DNA of 64,000 nucleotides from Escherichia coli (GTDB lineage Bacteria; Pseudomonadota; Gammaproteobacteria; Enterobacterales; Enterobacteriaceae): NCBI RefSeq assembly GCF_050920415.1, contig NZ_CP169309.1; one strand, 5' to 3'. Shown piece by piece: positions 14,300 to 29,761 of this stretch (position 1 is its first letter; each line of letters starts with the position of its first letter). The notes under the pieces were generated by a model. It saw only the letters and a program-made list of their open reading frames with translations, ran no database searches and was not told where the DNA came from. The position numbers and the translations under genes were made by a program.

Positions 14300-14923
14300 T
14301 TAGCGCATGTTGACAAAAATACCATTAGTCACATTATCCGTCAGTCGGACGACATGGTAGATAACCTGTTTATTATGCGTTTTGATCTTACGTTTAATAT
14401 TACCTTTATGCGATGAAACGGTCTTGGCTTTGATATTCATTTGGTCGGAGATTTGAATGGTTCCCTGACCTGCCATCCACATTCGCAACATACTCGATTC
14501 GGTTCGGCTCAATGATAACGTCGGCATATTTAAAAACGAGGTTATCGTTGTCTCTTTTTTCAGAATATCGCCAAGGATATCGTCGAGAGATTCCGGTTTA
14601 ATCGATTTAGAACTGATCAATAAATTTTTTCTGACCAACAGATATTCATCAAAATGAACATTGGCAATTGCCATAAAAACGATAAATAACGTATTGGGAT
14701 GTTGATTAATGATGAGCTTGATACGCTGACTGTTAGAAGCATCGTGGATGAAACAGTCCTCATTAATAAACACCACTGAAGGGCGCTGTGAATCACAAGC
14801 TATGGCAAGGTCATCAACGGTTTCAATGTCGTTGATTTCTCTTTTTTTAACCCCTCTGCTCAACAGATACCCGGTTAAACCTAGTCGGGTGTAACTACAT
14901 AAATCCATAATAATCGTTGACAT
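14300..14923 (-). CDS. rcsA: LuxR-family capsule regulator RcsA
   Basis: 207 aa with C-terminal LuxR-type HTH (...[22 protein letters not shown]). Confidence 0.9.
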
Positions 14924-15212
14924 GGCATACCCTCACTCAATGCGTAACGATAATTCCCCTTACCTGAATATTTCATCATGACTAAACGGAACAACATGGG
15001 TCACCTAATGCGCCACTCTCGCGATTTTTCAGGCGGACTTACTATCCCGTAAAGTGTTGTATAATTTGCCTGGAATTGTCTTAAAGTAAAGTAAATGTTG
15101 CGATATGTGAGTGAGGTTAAAACAAATATTTCGCCACAGGAGTATCCTGGAAGATGTTCGTGGGTATTATTTTTCAGATAATCCTTAGGATAACAAGATA
15201 AACATTAGGGAA

Positions 15213-15998
15213 TCATATTACAGGTAATTCGCTGATAATATCTGCCAGCAAATTAAAAATTTCACTGAATAAATGTTCGCAAAAAGGAGCAATTAACGGC
15301 ATTAATGCCGCCATTAATGAGATACCGACAGTCAGAGTTAATGGAAATCCAATAACAAAAATGGATAATTGCGGGGCCATACGATTCAGTAAACCTAATG
15401 CCAGATTCAGTGTCAGCAGCAGAGTAATGAGCGGTAACGCCAGCATCAGTCCATTGAGGAAAATCAAACTCCCTGCTTTGGTGAGTGCCAGAAACGCATT
15501 GCTATTCAGCGGCTCGCCACCAATAGGCAGGGTGTGAAAGGTATCCACCAGCAGTGAAATCAGCCATAAATGACCGTTAAATGTCAGGAACAGCAGTAAC
15601 GCCAGCATATCCATGATGCGCGCTAAAACGGGCATATTGAGATGGCTGCCCGGATCGACAAACGTCGCAAATGACAGTCCCATTTGCAGACCGATAATTT
15701 CGCCAGCGGTTCGCACAGCGGCAAAAGCAAACTGCATGGTAAAACCAAGCGCAATGCCGATCAGGATCTGCTGCACGGCCAGCCACAGAGCAAAGAACGA
15801 AAAAACAGGAACATCGTTGGCAGGTAAGGATGGGGCAATGGCGAACGTGATCATCATTGCGAGACCCAGTTTGACCCGTTTCGGCACGCTACGTTCGCTC
15901 AGAATTGGCGCGGTAGAAATGAGCGCCAGCACGCGTAGTAACGGCCAGAAGTACAGACTTAGCCAGGAAAGCCATTGATCGCTTGTCACCTGCAACAT
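15213..15998 (-). CDS. fliR: flagellar export apparatus protein FliR
   Basis: 261 aa polytopic membrane protein; operon order fliLMNOPQR. Confidence 0.9.
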   Translation of the reverse strand: MLQVTSDQWLSWLSLYFWPLLRVLALISTAPILSERSVPKRVKLGLAMMITFAIAPSLPANDVPVFSFFALWLAVQQILIGIALGFTMQFAFAAVRTAGEIIGLQMGLSFATFVDPGSHLNMPVLARIMDMLALLLFLTFNGHLWLISLLVDTFHTLPIGGEPLNSNAFLALTKAGSLIFLNGLMLALPLITLLLTLNLALGLLNRMAPQLSIFVIGFPLTLTVGISLMAALMPLIAPFCEHLFSEIFNLLADIISELPVI

Positions 15999-16006
15999 TG
16001 TACGGG

Positions 16007-16276
16007 CTACCCGATGATATACGGCAGGTTAGTGAACAAGGTGCGGACGTAATCCAGCAACAGATTGAGCATCCACGGTCCAGCAATAATAATGGCGATA
16101 AATACGGCGATGATTTTCGGAATAAACGACAGCGTCATTTCATTAATCTGCGTGGCGGCCTGCAAAATACTGATGATAAGGCCCGTGACCAACGCCACCA
16201 GCAACAGCGGGGCAGCCAGCGCCAGCGCGACTTTCATCGCTTCAGTCCCCATCATCATGACCGATTCAGGTGTCAT
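16007..16276 (-). CDS. fliQ: flagellar export apparatus protein FliQ
   Basis: 89 aa, two TM segments. Confidence 0.9.
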   Translation of the reverse strand: MTPESVMMMGTEAMKVALALAAPLLLVALVTGLIISILQAATQINEMTLSFIPKIIAVFIAIIIAGPWMLNLLLDYVRTLFTNLPYIIG

Positions 16277-16285
16277 TTTGCCTCT

Positions 16286-17023
16286 CTAGCTGTAAAAGCT
16301 CTGCGCCAGCGAACCGACCAGCAATTGCCAGCCATCCACCAGTACAAACAGCATCAGTTTAAAGGGCAGAGCAATGGTGGCAGGGGGGACCATCATCATC
16401 CCCAATGCCATCAGCACGCTGGCAATCACCAGGTCGATAATCAAAAAAGGAATGAAAATCGTGAAGCCTATCTGAAATGCGGTTTTCAGCTCGCTGGTCA
16501 CGTAGGCCGGGAGCAAAATGCGCATTGGCACGGCTTCAGGTCCCTGCAACGGGCCGGTATTCGCCAGTCTGGCAAACAACCCTAAATCTGCCTCGCGGGT
16601 CTGACGCAGCATAAACTCACGCAGCGGCTGCGCCCCTTTTTCCAGCGCCTCCTGCATTGAGATTTTCTCTTCGCTGAACGGCTGGTATGCATCGACATAA
16701 ATTTTGTCGATCACCGGCGACATTATAAAAAAGGTCAAAAACAGTGCCAGCCCCAGCAATACCTGGTTGGGTGGTGCGGAGGGCGTGCCCAGCGCGTTTC
16801 GCAATAATCCAAAAACAATGATGATACGGGTGAAACTGGTCATCATCAGTAAAATCGCTGGAATAAACGTCAACGAGGTGATGAACACCAGCGTCTGCAC
16901 CGGGAGGGACCAACTTTGTCCACCGCCAGGCAGCGGCTGACTGGTGATACCCGGCAGTTGTGCGAAGGCGAGAGGGGTAACCAGCCAGAGAAGAACAGGT
17001 GCGACAGACAACAAACGACGCAT
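16286..17023 (-). CDS. fliP: flagellar export apparatus protein FliP
   Basis: 245 aa with signal peptide and TM segments. Confidence 0.9.
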   Translation of the reverse strand: MRRLLSVAPVLLWLVTPLAFAQLPGITSQPLPGGGQSWSLPVQTLVFITSLTFIPAILLMMTSFTRIIIVFGLLRNALGTPSAPPNQVLLGLALFLTFFIMSPVIDKIYVDAYQPFSEEKISMQEALEKGAQPLREFMLRQTREADLGLFARLANTGPLQGPEAVPMRILLPAYVTSELKTAFQIGFTIFIPFLIIDLVIASVLMALGMMMVPPATIALPFKLMLFVLVDGWQLLVGSLAQSFYS

Positions 17024-17388
17024 CAGGATCTCCCGCTACGCTTAAGCAAGTTTTTCATGACCGACTGAAAATCGGTCTGCGGTATCTCTTCCGTTGGCGC
17101 AGAAGAGGGAAGTTTATGCAGCAGATTGATTTGCCCTGCGGTAACGCCGAGCACTAGGCGTGCATCTTCCACATCGACTACCACGACCCTTTCACGCGCG
17201 CCCAGCGAAGCACTGGCGCTAATTTTCAGACCGTTAACGCCAGTTCGTTTGGGGGCAAATCCCAGCCGTTTTACTAGCCAGGCAGCAGCGAGGATCAGGG
17301 CAATAATGGCGATCAGTGCGCCGCTCACCTGCAGCAGCGGCGCAGCAGAAACCGGCGCGGACGGTTGCACAGTAGCGTGGTTATTCAT
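17023..17388 (-). CDS. fliO: flagellar protein FliO
   Basis: 121 aa, single TM; position. Confidence 0.85.
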   Translation of the reverse strand: MNNHATVQPSAPVSAAPLLQVSGALIAIIALILAAAWLVKRLGFAPKRTGVNGLKISASASLGARERVVVVDVEDARLVLGVTAGQINLLHKLPSSAPTEEIPQTDFQSVMKNLLKRSGRS

Positions 17389-17390
17389 CG

Positions 17391-17804
17391 CTAACGGCTC
17401 AGGCGGCGCATTCGCTCAGACGGAGTAATGATATCGGTGATCCGCACGCCATATTTATCGGCAACGACCACCACTTCGCCCTGGGCGATTAAATAACCAT
17501 TGATCAGAATATCCAGCGGTTCGCCTGCCAGGCCGTCCAGCGCTACGACTGACCCTTGTGTCAGGCGCAACAGCTCTTTGATGGTCATCCGCGTGCGGCC
17601 CAGTTCGACGGTCAGCTTAACCGGAATATCCATAATCAGGTCGATATCCTGCAACGTTCCGCTGACATCACCGCCGCCAAATTGCTGGAATACCGCGTCT
17701 GCAGCGCTTTTACTGCTGGTTGATTTTTGTTCGCTCAACGCTTCAGCCCACAGATCGTCCATTGCGCCGTTGTTATCATCGGCCGGATTATTCAAGTCAC
17801 TCAT
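17391..17804 (-). CDS. fliN: flagellar motor switch protein FliN
   Basis: 137 aa; C-terminal SpoA-like region. Confidence 0.9.
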   Translation of the reverse strand: MSDLNNPADDNNGAMDDLWAEALSEQKSTSSKSAADAVFQQFGGGDVSGTLQDIDLIMDIPVKLTVELGRTRMTIKELLRLTQGSVVALDGLAGEPLDILINGYLIAQGEVVVVADKYGVRITDIITPSERMRRLSR

Positions 17805-18805
17805 TTGGGCTGTTCCTCGTTCAGAGAATTCAAAATCGGGTTAATCAAATGTTCAATCCGTAACGCATACTGGCCGTTGAGAGTGCCGTACTGGCTGGTC
17901 AGCACCGGAACGCCGTCAACATGGGCGATGATGCGATCGGGTTTTTCTATCGGCAGGACGTCGCCGGGTTTCAGTTTTAAAATCTGCGACAGACGCAGCG
18001 ATATATCGGCAAAGTTAGCGACCAGCTCCAGCTGTGAGTGCTGCACCTGACGCACCAGGTTATCGCGCCAGTTCTGATCTTCATTTCGTGAGTTTTCCAG
18101 CGGCGGGTTAACCAACAATTCCCGTAGCGGCTCGATCATGCTGAATGGCAGACAGATATTAAATTCGCCGGTCAGGTTGCCAATCTCCACATGGAACGGT
18201 GTGTTAACCACGATGTCGTTCGGCGAGGTGGTGATATTGGTAAATTTCACCTGCATTTCCGAACGCACGTACTCGACATCCAGCGGATTAATTGCCTTCC
18301 AGGCGTCGCTATAGCCTTCCAGCGCCAGCTTCAACATACGGTTGATGACGCGCTGTTCAGTATGGGTAAACTCGCGACCTTCCACTTTGGTTGGGAAGCG
18401 TCCATCGCCGCCAAACAGGTTATCCACGGCGATAAACACCAGACTCGGCGAGAACACCACCAGCCCTGTGCCGCGTAGCGGTTTCAGGTGGATTAGGTTC
18501 AGGTTGGTCGGCACCGGCAGGTTGCGGGCAAATTCATGGTACGGCTGAATGCGGATGGCCCCGACGGTAATGTCCGGACTACGGCGCAATAGGTTGAACA
18601 GCCCCATACGGAAATGGCGGGCAAAACGCTCATTAATGATTTCCAGCGCCTGCAAACGTTCGCGTACAACCCGTCGTTGGGTATTCGGATCGTACGGACG
18701 AATGTCACTATCGCCGCTAACACTGGCCGTCGGTTCGTCTTTGACTTCGCTGTCACCATTCAACAGCGCATCAATTTCAGCTTGAGAAAGAATACTATCG
18801 CCCAT
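17801..18805 (-). CDS. fliM: flagellar motor switch protein FliM
   Basis: ORF 17801..18907; start taken at MGDSILSQAEIDALLNG (334 aa). Confidence 0.9.
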   Translation of the reverse strand: MGDSILSQAEIDALLNGDSEVKDEPTASVSGDSDIRPYDPNTQRRVVRERLQALEIINERFARHFRMGLFNLLRRSPDITVGAIRIQPYHEFARNLPVPTNLNLIHLKPLRGTGLVVFSPSLVFIAVDNLFGGDGRFPTKVEGREFTHTEQRVINRMLKLALEGYSDAWKAINPLDVEYVRSEMQVKFTNITTSPNDIVVNTPFHVEIGNLTGEFNICLPFSMIEPLRELLVNPPLENSRNEDQNWRDNLVRQVQHSQLELVANFADISLRLSQILKLKPGDVLPIEKPDRIIAHVDGVPVLTSQYGTLNGQYALRIEHLINPILNSLNEEQPK

Positions 18806-18809
18806 GTCG

Positions 18810-19274
18810 TTATCGCAGAATAAAAGCGGTATACAGCACGTCGGTGACATCCTGTTTCGGTTGCCCGGCAACAAGCGGGGTGGAAAGTGTGGCTTTAATC
18901 TCAGCAATCAGGCTTTTCTTGCCTTCTTCTGTCGCCAGTACGGCAGCATCCTGACGCGAAAACAGTAACAGCAAACGGCTACGGACTTCCGGCAAATACT
19001 CACTTAGCCGCGAGCGGGTAGCTTCATCTTTTAGCCGCAGAGTTATGCCGATATAAAGTACGCGATCCGCATCACCCAAATTGACCGTAAAGGTATCCAG
19101 CGCATAGAAGACCGGGGAGGGCACGACGCGCTGCTGCGCTTTGTCGTCAGCGGCAACCTGATGCGAATGCCAGTAGCTGTAACCTGCGCTGGCACAGGCC
19201 GCGAGGGTAATGAATACCAGAATCGGGATCCAAAGCGATCGCTTGCTTTTCTTGCTTATCGCGTAATCAGTCAT
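18810..19274 (-). CDS. fliL: flagellar basal-body-associated protein FliL
   Basis: 154 aa, N-terminal TM; position. Confidence 0.9.
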   Translation of the reverse strand: MTDYAISKKSKRSLWIPILVFITLAACASAGYSYWHSHQVAADDKAQQRVVPSPVFYALDTFTVNLGDADRVLYIGITLRLKDEATRSRLSEYLPEVRSRLLLLFSRQDAAVLATEEGKKSLIAEIKATLSTPLVAGQPKQDVTDVLYTAFILR

Positions 19275-19378
19275 GTGTTGCGGTCTTCCTGTGTCGCTAC
19301 TGCTTATCGGCTAATTATCCTGCGTCTTGAACGCAACAAAGCGGGGAAAAGACGCGGATTACGGTGCTACCTCTGACG

Positions 19379-20506
19379 TTAGGCGAAAATATCAACGCCA
19401 CTGTTGTCTGTTACGCGCCCTTGTAAAGAGACGGGAACGGGTAGCGCATCGTCGTCTTCACCCGCCAGAGGTTCATGATTTGCTGTGCGCTGGCTTTGCT
19501 GTTGCTGTGAAGCGGCCTGTTGCTGACCACTAAAGCTTTCGCCACTGATGTTGCTTTGCCCTAACTGAATGCCACTTTCTGCCAGCTGCGTACGCAGTAC
19601 CGGTAGCGCAGCTTCCAGCGCGGCGCGTACGTGCTGATGCGGTGACACCATCTGGATTTGCGCCTGGCTATCATCCACTTTGAGGGAGATTTGTACTTCA
19701 CCTAAATCCTGCGGGTGCAGACGCAACTCTGCGCTTTGTTGCCCCTGGCGGGTAAACAGCGAAATATGCTGGCTTAATGATTGTTGCCATTCGTGAGAAC
19801 CCAGCGGCGCACTCAAAACAGGTGCTGCGACGGTGGGCATCGGCTGTGTCTGGTGCGGAGTGATGAGCGGGCTGACGGCAGCGGTCACCGGCGAAGGTGT
19901 GCTGATGACTTCCGCTTTACTCTGGGCCTCTGCTACCAGCGGTGTTACTGGCTGAGCTTGCGCGTCAGGGGCGTCATCGGGCTGTGCGGTTGTGAATTGC
20001 GCCGTAGTCAGTTTTGTGTAGAGAGTTGGTTTCTCTGTCGGTAACACGGTTGACGGCGCATCAGCCACTTTGGGCGTATTGTCAAAACCCGGCAACATCG
20101 CAAAAAGGGCGCTCAGGCTTGCGGTGACGTCTTCATTAAGCTCATCCGCTTTTTCGTCTTTTGTCGTATTTTTGTCAGCCACCGCAGCCAACGTCATCGT
20201 CTGAGCGGTGGTTAACGGTGTTGATGTGGATTGTTCGTCGTTGATGACAGGCGGTATTCCATCCTCAGGGATCAGTAAATCCGCTTGTTGCACATCGGAA
20301 AGAATATCGCTAACCAGCGGCTCGCCTTTTGTTGTGGGCTTCTCTGTTGCCACCAGCAACTGGGGGGCCGCTTTGTCGGTTGTTGTTTCACCTGCTAATG
20401 CTCCGCTCAACAATGCGAGAAAATCTTGTGTAACATCGCTGGCTTTACCGCCGGGCAATATGGCGGTGTCAACGTCAGCGGTAATCACGGGCGCTAAGCG
20501 AATCAT
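19379..20506 (-). CDS. fliK: flagellar hook-length control protein FliK
   Basis: 375 aa, Pro/Ala/Thr/Gln-rich. Confidence 0.9.
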   Translation of the reverse strand: MIRLAPVITADVDTAILPGGKASDVTQDFLALLSGALAGETTTDKAAPQLLVATEKPTTKGEPLVSDILSDVQQADLLIPEDGIPPVINDEQSTSTPLTTAQTMTLAAVADKNTTKDEKADELNEDVTASLSALFAMLPGFDNTPKVADAPSTVLPTEKPTLYTKLTTAQFTTAQPDDAPDAQAQPVTPLVAEAQSKAEVISTPSPVTAAVSPLITPHQTQPMPTVAAPVLSAPLGSHEWQQSLSQHISLFTRQGQQSAELRLHPQDLGEVQISLKVDDSQAQIQMVSPHQHVRAALEAALPVLRTQLAESGIQLGQSNISGESFSGQQQAASQQQQSQRTANHEPLAGEDDDALPVPVSLQGRVTDNSGVDIFA

Positions 20507-20946
20507 TCGGGTTTCCTCATGGTGGCACGTTGGGCGAACTCATCCATCTTTTTCTGATCGAGACGGTTTTCTGCAAGCAGTGCCGCCGTGGATTGCCGTT
20601 CCTGCAGTGTCTGCCAGGCCTGCAAACGTTGTTTCTTTTCTCGCCAGCTGTTCAGGGCAATGTCTACTTTCTGCGTCCACTGATTAAGTTGCTGGCGATG
20701 CTGAGTAATGGCTTTTTCCAGCGTCTGGATAAACTGCTGATAGTTGATCCAGCGGTTACTGGTCATCCCGGCACTCATATCGCTGTTGAGGTTATTGCGA
20801 TATTCATTCTGATAATCGATCAGCATTTTGAGTTGTTCCTCTGCCTGCTGGCATCCGCGACGCATTTCACCCAGCAGGCGCGCGGCATCTTCTACCTCTT
20901 TTTCTGCCAGATCTTTCAGGGTCGCCAGCGCGCCATGTTCTGCCAT
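20503..20946 (-). CDS. fliJ: flagellar export chaperone FliJ
   Basis: 147 aa coiled-coil protein. Confidence 0.9.
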   Translation of the reverse strand: MAEHGALATLKDLAEKEVEDAARLLGEMRRGCQQAEEQLKMLIDYQNEYRNNLNSDMSAGMTSNRWINYQQFIQTLEKAITQHRQQLNQWTQKVDIALNSWREKKQRLQAWQTLQERQSTAALLAENRLDQKKMDEFAQRATMRKPE

Positions 20947-20967
20947 CTGCCGTTATCTCCTGCGTTT

Positions 20968-22337
20968 TCACACTGTCGGGAATATGCGCTCCAGCCCCTG
21001 GAGAGACTCTTCCCAGTCCGCGCGTTCAAAAATGCCTTGTTGCAAATAGCCCTCCAGCTGCGGCCACAGAGCGATGGCTTTATCGAGCATTGGATCGCTG
21101 CCTTTGGCATACGCGCCGACGCTAACCAGATCGCGGTTACGCTGAAAACTCGACAACAGCTGTTTGAAGGTGCGCACTCGCGCGTAATGTTGCTCGCTGA
21201 TCAACGCCGTCATTGCACGGCTGATCGACGCTTCAATATCAATCGCCGGATAGTGTCCGGCTTCCGCCAGACGACGAGAAAGTACAATGTGACCGTCGAG
21301 GATCGCCCGTGCGGAGTCGGCAATCGGGTCCTGCTGGTCATCACCTTCGGTGAGCACGGTATAAAACGCCGTAATTGAGCCGCCGCCGCTGATACCGTTA
21401 CCGGCACGCTCGACCAGCGCCGGTAATTTGGCGAATACCGACGGTGGATAACCTTTGGTGGCAGGCGGTTCGCCAATCGCCAGCGCAATCTCACGCTGGG
21501 CCATCGCGTAGCGGGTGAGGGAGTCCATAATCAGCAACACATGCTGACCACGATCGCGAAAATCTTCGGCAATGCGCGTGGCATAGGCGGCACCTTGCAT
21601 TCGCAGGAGCGGAGACACATCCGCTGGAGCGGCAATCACCACGGAGCGTGCACGCCCTTCGGCACCGAGGATATTCTCAATAAAATCTTTTACTTCGCGC
21701 CCACGTTCACCAATCAAACCCACGACAATGACATCGGCGCGGGTGTAACGTGCCATCATCCCCAGCAGCACACTTTTACCGACACCAGAACCAGCAAATA
21801 GCCCCATACGCTGCCCGCGCCCAACGGTAAGCAGGGCATTGATTGGGCGCACTCCGGTGTCCAGCACATGCTCAATTGGGGTACGTTGCAACGGGTTAAA
21901 AGGCGGGGTGATCAGCGCACCTGTTTCGGTCGTATCGGGGGAGGGAAGGCCATCAAGCGGTTTACCGCTGCCGTCCAGTACGCGACCTAACAACGCCGGA
22001 CCGAGTGGCAACTGCTTGCCGCTTTGCAGCCCTTCAGCCGAAATGTGTTTGGCATAAACGCGCGCGCCGGGCAGGACACCTTCCACTTCTTCCAGCGGCA
22101 TTAAAAACAGCCGTTGACCGTTAAAACCAACCACTTCGCTTTCTACTTCATGCGTTTCCGACCCGTTCTGGCGCTCAATCACACAGGTTGCGCCGAGCGG
22201 CAATTGTAATCCGGTAGCCTCCAGCACCAGCCCGGTAGCGCGAGTTAATCGCCCGTAGCGACGTACCGCAGGCAACTGCGCCATTTTGGCTTCGAAGTTA
22301 TCCAGCGTGGTTAGCCAGCGAGTCAGGCGCGTGGTCA

Positions 22338-22338
<1 letters not shown>
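20968..22338 (-). CDS. fliI: flagellum-specific ATPase FliI
   Basis: 456 aa; Walker A GSGVGKS. Confidence 0.95.
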
Positions 22339-25663
<3,325 letters not shown>

Positions 25664-25877
25664 CGCGCACCTCGTGGCTGATTATGGACGGCGTTATTGG
25701 CAAAGTGGAACAAGACTCACTCCCGGGTCAGCAAACTCGAAAAATTGACGCTTCCATTATTTGTGCTTTCGTTTTTTTCTATCCGCCAATAAACCCGTTT
25801 TTTTGTTGCTATTTAGCGCCTTTGTCTTATTGACTTACTGGTAGGCTTTGCTACCAGAAATTATCCGGGAGATGAAA

Positions 25878-26192
25878 ATGTCAGCGATACAGGGGATTGA
25901 AGGGGTTATCAGCCAGTTACAGGCTACGGCGATGAGTGCGCGTGCGCAGGAATCACTACCGCAACCGACCATTAGTTTTGCCGGGCAGCTGCATGCCGCG
26001 CTCGATCGCATAAGCGATACACAAACCGCCGCCCGCACGCAGGCAGAAAAATTCACCCTCGGCGAACCCGGCGTGGCGTTAAACGATGTGATGACCGATA
26101 TGCAAAAAGCCTCAGTTTCAATGCAAATGGGGATTCAGGTGCGTAATAAGCTGGTGGCGGCGTATCAGGAAGTGATGAGCATGCAGGTGTAA
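25878..26192 (+). CDS. fliE: flagellar hook-basal body protein FliE
   Basis: ORF 25848..26192; start taken at [15 protein letters not shown] (104 aa); divergent from fliF. Confidence 0.9.
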   Translation: MSAIQGIEGVISQLQATAMSARAQESLPQPTISFAGQLHAALDRISDTQTAARTQAEKFTLGEPGVALNDVMTDMQKASVSMQMGIQVRNKLVAAYQEVMSMQV

Positions 26193-26525
26193 GTTGTGTA
26201 ACCTGTTGTTGATTACATCCGATCTCACCGCGTGGGGCATGGATGGGGTAAACTCACTCGTTTTCTGGTTTGAAATGGATACCTGATCCTGAAAGTTTTC
26301 TGCCATCCACGATCTGTAAACGCGATAACATGTTTTGTCTTCGCTTTGCTCATAGGAAGAGTGAACTCTTTTGTTAGCCTGGGGTTCCTTCTGATCATTA
26401 TTGTTCCTGCCTTTATCTCTTGCCACGCCAGAGCCCCCTGGATACACATACACCAGGATGAAAACGGTGAGTTGTGTTCAAACTGTAGTACAATTCTCTC
26501 CAGTATGAACAGGAAAGAATATGCT

Positions 26526-26858
26526 ATGAACCCTTATATTTATCTTGGTGGCGCAATACTTGCAGAGGTCATTGGTACAACCTTAATGAAGTTTTCAGAG
26601 GGGTTTACACGGTTATGGCCCTCTGTTGGCACAATTATTTGTTATTGTGCATCATTCTGGTTATTAGCTCAGACGCTGGCTTATATACCTACAGGGATTG
26701 CTTATGCTATTTGGTCAGGAGTCGGTATCGTTCTGATTAGTTTGCTTTCCTGGGGATTTTTTAGCCAACGACTGGACCTGCCAGCCATCATAGGCATGAT
26801 GTTGATTTGTGCCGGTGTGTTAGTCATTAACTTGTTGTCACGAAGTGCACCGCATTAA
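26526..26858 (+). CDS. emrE: SMR-family multidrug efflux protein, EmrE-like
   Basis: ORF 26346..26858; start taken at MNPYIYLGGAILAEVIGTTLMKFSEGF (110 aa, four TM segments), near-identical to EmrE as recalled. Confidence 0.85.
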   Translation: MNPYIYLGGAILAEVIGTTLMKFSEGFTRLWPSVGTIICYCASFWLLAQTLAYIPTGIAYAIWSGVGIVLISLLSWGFFSQRLDLPAIIGMMLICAGVLVINLLSRSAPH

Positions 26859-27026
26859 AAAATAATTATCCTTGAGACAACAGGAATGTAATTTGTGCAT
26901 ATTATGGCTAATGCTGAGGGCAACTTTATAATTATGATTGTATTTGCACGATCATTGCGCCTTTATGCATAATGAGAGCAAGGCACATCAAATAAAATAA
27001 CGATAGGTCACAACAAAGAGGTTTTT

Positions 27027-27579
27027 ATGAAAAAGCTTATCGTTTCAAGTGTATTGGCATTCATAACATTTTCTGCGCAGGCCGCAGCATTTCAGGTCAC
27101 TAGTAATGAAATAAAAACAGGAGAGCAACTTACAACGTCTCATGTATTTTCTGGATTTGGGTGTGAGGGGGGGTAATACATCGCCCTCATTAACCTGGTC
27201 TGGTGCTCCAGAAGGCACCAAAAGCTTTGCCGTAACTGTGTATGATCCAGATGCGCCTACAGGCAGTGGATGGTGGCACTGGACTGTTGCTAATATTCCA
27301 GCAACGGTAACATATTTGCCCGCTGATGCAGGAAGACGTGATGGTACAAAACTTCCGACTGGTGCTGTCCAGGGCCGAAATGATTTTGGCTATGCAGGAT
27401 TTGGTGGAGCATGTCCTCCCAAAGGAGATAAACCCCATCATTACCAGTTTAAAGTATGGGCTCTAAAAACTGATAAGATTCCTGTGGATTCTAATTCCAG
27501 CGGAGCGTTAGTTGGTTATATGCTTAATGCCAATAAAATTGCAACCGCTGAGATAACACCAGTTTATGAGGTAAAGTAG
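27027..27579 (+). pseudogene. ybcL: YbcL-like PEBP-family periplasmic protein, interrupted by a frameshift in a G7 homopolymer
   Basis: N-terminal frame MKKLIVSSVLAFITFSAQA...SGFGCEGG stops at 27174..27176; the continuation NTSPSLTWSG...ITPVYEVK is in ORF 27142..27579; G run at 27167..27173. Confidence 0.6.
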
Positions 27580-27588
27580 GGTAAGAGT

Positions 27589-28386
27589 ATGCTGGCAAAA
27601 GATAGGACTAACCTAAAGATTGAAGAAATACGGATGCATAAACATCATGAGATTCACAGGGTTAAGCCTCTTATGCCAGCTTTATGTCGTATCCGTCAGG
27701 GAAAAAAAGTTATCAATTGGGAAACGCATAGTCTAACTGTTGATAATAATCAGATAATTTTATTTCCCTGTGGATATGAATTTTATATTGCGAATTACCC
27801 AGAAGCAGGTCTTTATCTTGCAGAAATGCTTTATTATCCCATTGATCTAATTGAAAAGTTCCAAAATCTTTATGCGATAACCGATCAAATTCGTAACACG
27901 ACAGGTTTCTGCTTACCTCAGAATCCCGAGTTAATATATTGTTGGGAGCAACTAAAAACATCTGTTTCCCGAGGCTTCTCAACGCAAATTCAGGAACACT
28001 TAGCAATGGGCGTTCTACTTTCATTAGGAGCACATCATGTTAATTGTTTACTTTTATCAGATAGTAAACAATCATTAATAAGTCGTTGTTATAACCTAAT
28101 GCTATCCGAACCTGGAACAAAATGGACAGCAAACAAGGTAGCGAGATATCTCTACATTTCTGTTTCCACATTGCATCGCCGTCTGGCAAGCGAGGGAGTA
28201 AGTTTTCAAAGTATATTGGACGACGTGAGGTTAAATAATGCGTTGTCTGCTATACAAACGACAGTAAAACCTATCAGCGAGATTGCCAGGGAAAATGGTT
28301 ACAAGTGTCCTTCTCGTTTTACTGAAAGGTTCCATAATCGTTTTAAGATAACACCAAGAGAGCTAAGAAAAGCGTCCAGAGAGTAA
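27589..28386 (+). CDS. ybcM: AraC-family transcriptional regulator, YbcM-like
   Basis: 265 aa; C-terminal AraC-type HTH region. Confidence 0.75.
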   Translation: MLAKDRTNLKIEEIRMHKHHEIHRVKPLMPALCRIRQGKKVINWETHSLTVDNNQIILFPCGYEFYIANYPEAGLYLAEMLYYPIDLIEKFQNLYAITDQIRNTTGFCLPQNPELIYCWEQLKTSVSRGFSTQIQEHLAMGVLLSLGAHHVNCLLLSDSKQSLISRCYNLMLSEPGTKWTANKVARYLYISVSTLHRRLASEGVSFQSILDDVRLNNALSAIQTTVKPISEIARENGYKCPSRFTERFHNRFKITPRELRKASRE

Positions 28387-29322
28387 AAGTATTTTATGAA
28401 GGAGCAACAGCATCGATTTTTATTTTGGAAAATAAATACGGCATACTCAACCTATTGGAGCCTGAACAATCCGGTGACTTCTGCGCTAATCGGGGACGTT
28501 TATAAGCACATATAATTGATACTATCTTCCTCCATCACAATTTCAGAAATGCACGTGTGATTTTTTTGCATCCGGCGTTTGGACTATGTGGAGTTCAAGA
28601 GTGGGAAAGTTACAAGAGGTTGAGGGGATAATTAAAGGGATGCTTATGACATTAGATATCCGGATAGGTACGGTTATCGTTGTTATTAAATCTAGTTTAT
28701 ACGTTAAGATGCAGCTACAGCAGAAATTGCCACTGTTAATTTTTTCATCGTGAGCCCTTTTATTTGAACTATTATTTAAAAATGATGTCACTGCACTACA
28801 AATACTCATCTAATCAATGAGATTATTTCAAGATGTAAGTTTTAGTTTCTCATTTAAATTGTGAAGTAGATCCCTATTTTTATCTGAACTGTTTCTATTG
28901 CGCACAATGCATGACTATTTTGTGAACGAATATAAATTTGGTAGTCAAATTATATTAAAGGTTGTTATTTATGATTGACTCATAATTTATTTATTTAATT
29001 TAAATAGCCTAAAAATAACCATGGAGATTATTTGCATGATATTTGTTTAGATTTATTAATGTAATTGAGGTGATTTTATTTAATACGCAATATAGCGCCG
29101 CTTGATATTAGTTCTATTTTTTTTGCGTAAGATAGATGAGACAAACTGAGACGCATAATGGTTTGCAAGCAAGGCTCTAATACTTTGATGTTGAGGATGT
29201 GATGGGGCATGTACGGGGCATAGTACAATGATGTCCATGCAGGTGTAGATAATCTCCAGGCTTATCCAGTGCGCTGTAAAACCCCGTCCTTCAGGGTGGG
29301 GATATAAGGCTCGGTTTTTCAC

Positions 29323-29754
29323 CTAACCAGGTGTTTGCTGTTGTTCAATGTATTGGCGGATGACGGATATTGGCGCACCTCCGCAGCTACTGGCAAAATA
29401 GCCGGGACTCCACAAAACGCCTTTGTAGTAATACCTGACTGCAATATCTGGTCGATCTAGTCGCAGTAATCTACTCGATACGCCTTTGAGGCTGTTTACC
29501 AGACTGGATATCGCCAGTTTGGGAGGATAGTTAATTAACAAATGGACGTGATCTGGTTCGCCATCCATTTCAACCAGTTCAGCTTCAAAATCAGCACATA
29601 CATTTGAAAAGTAAGTGCGTAGTTTTTCTGTCGCGTCATGGTCAAAAATCTGACGTCGGTATCTGGTGACAAAGACCCGGTGAACATGCATCAGAAAAAC
29701 ACAGTGCCTTCCACGCCGGATATCGGTTTCTTTTTTCACAGACCAAAGTATCAT
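29323..29754 (-). CDS. tnpA: IS200/IS605-family Y1 (HUH) transposase TnpA
   Basis: 143 aa; HVHLL motif (EPDHVHLLINYPPK). Confidence 0.8.
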   Translation of the reverse strand: MILWSVKKETDIRRGRHCVFLMHVHRVFVTRYRRQIFDHDATEKLRTYFSNVCADFEAELVEMDGEPDHVHLLINYPPKLAISSLVNSLKGVSSRLLRLDRPDIAVRYYYKGVLWSPGYFASSCGGAPISVIRQYIEQQQTPG

Positions 29755-29761
29755 TTGGCCT

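Noticed and set aside
20530-21378. 282-aa plus-strand ORF
   Set aside because: Antisense to fliJ/fliI; no independent support.
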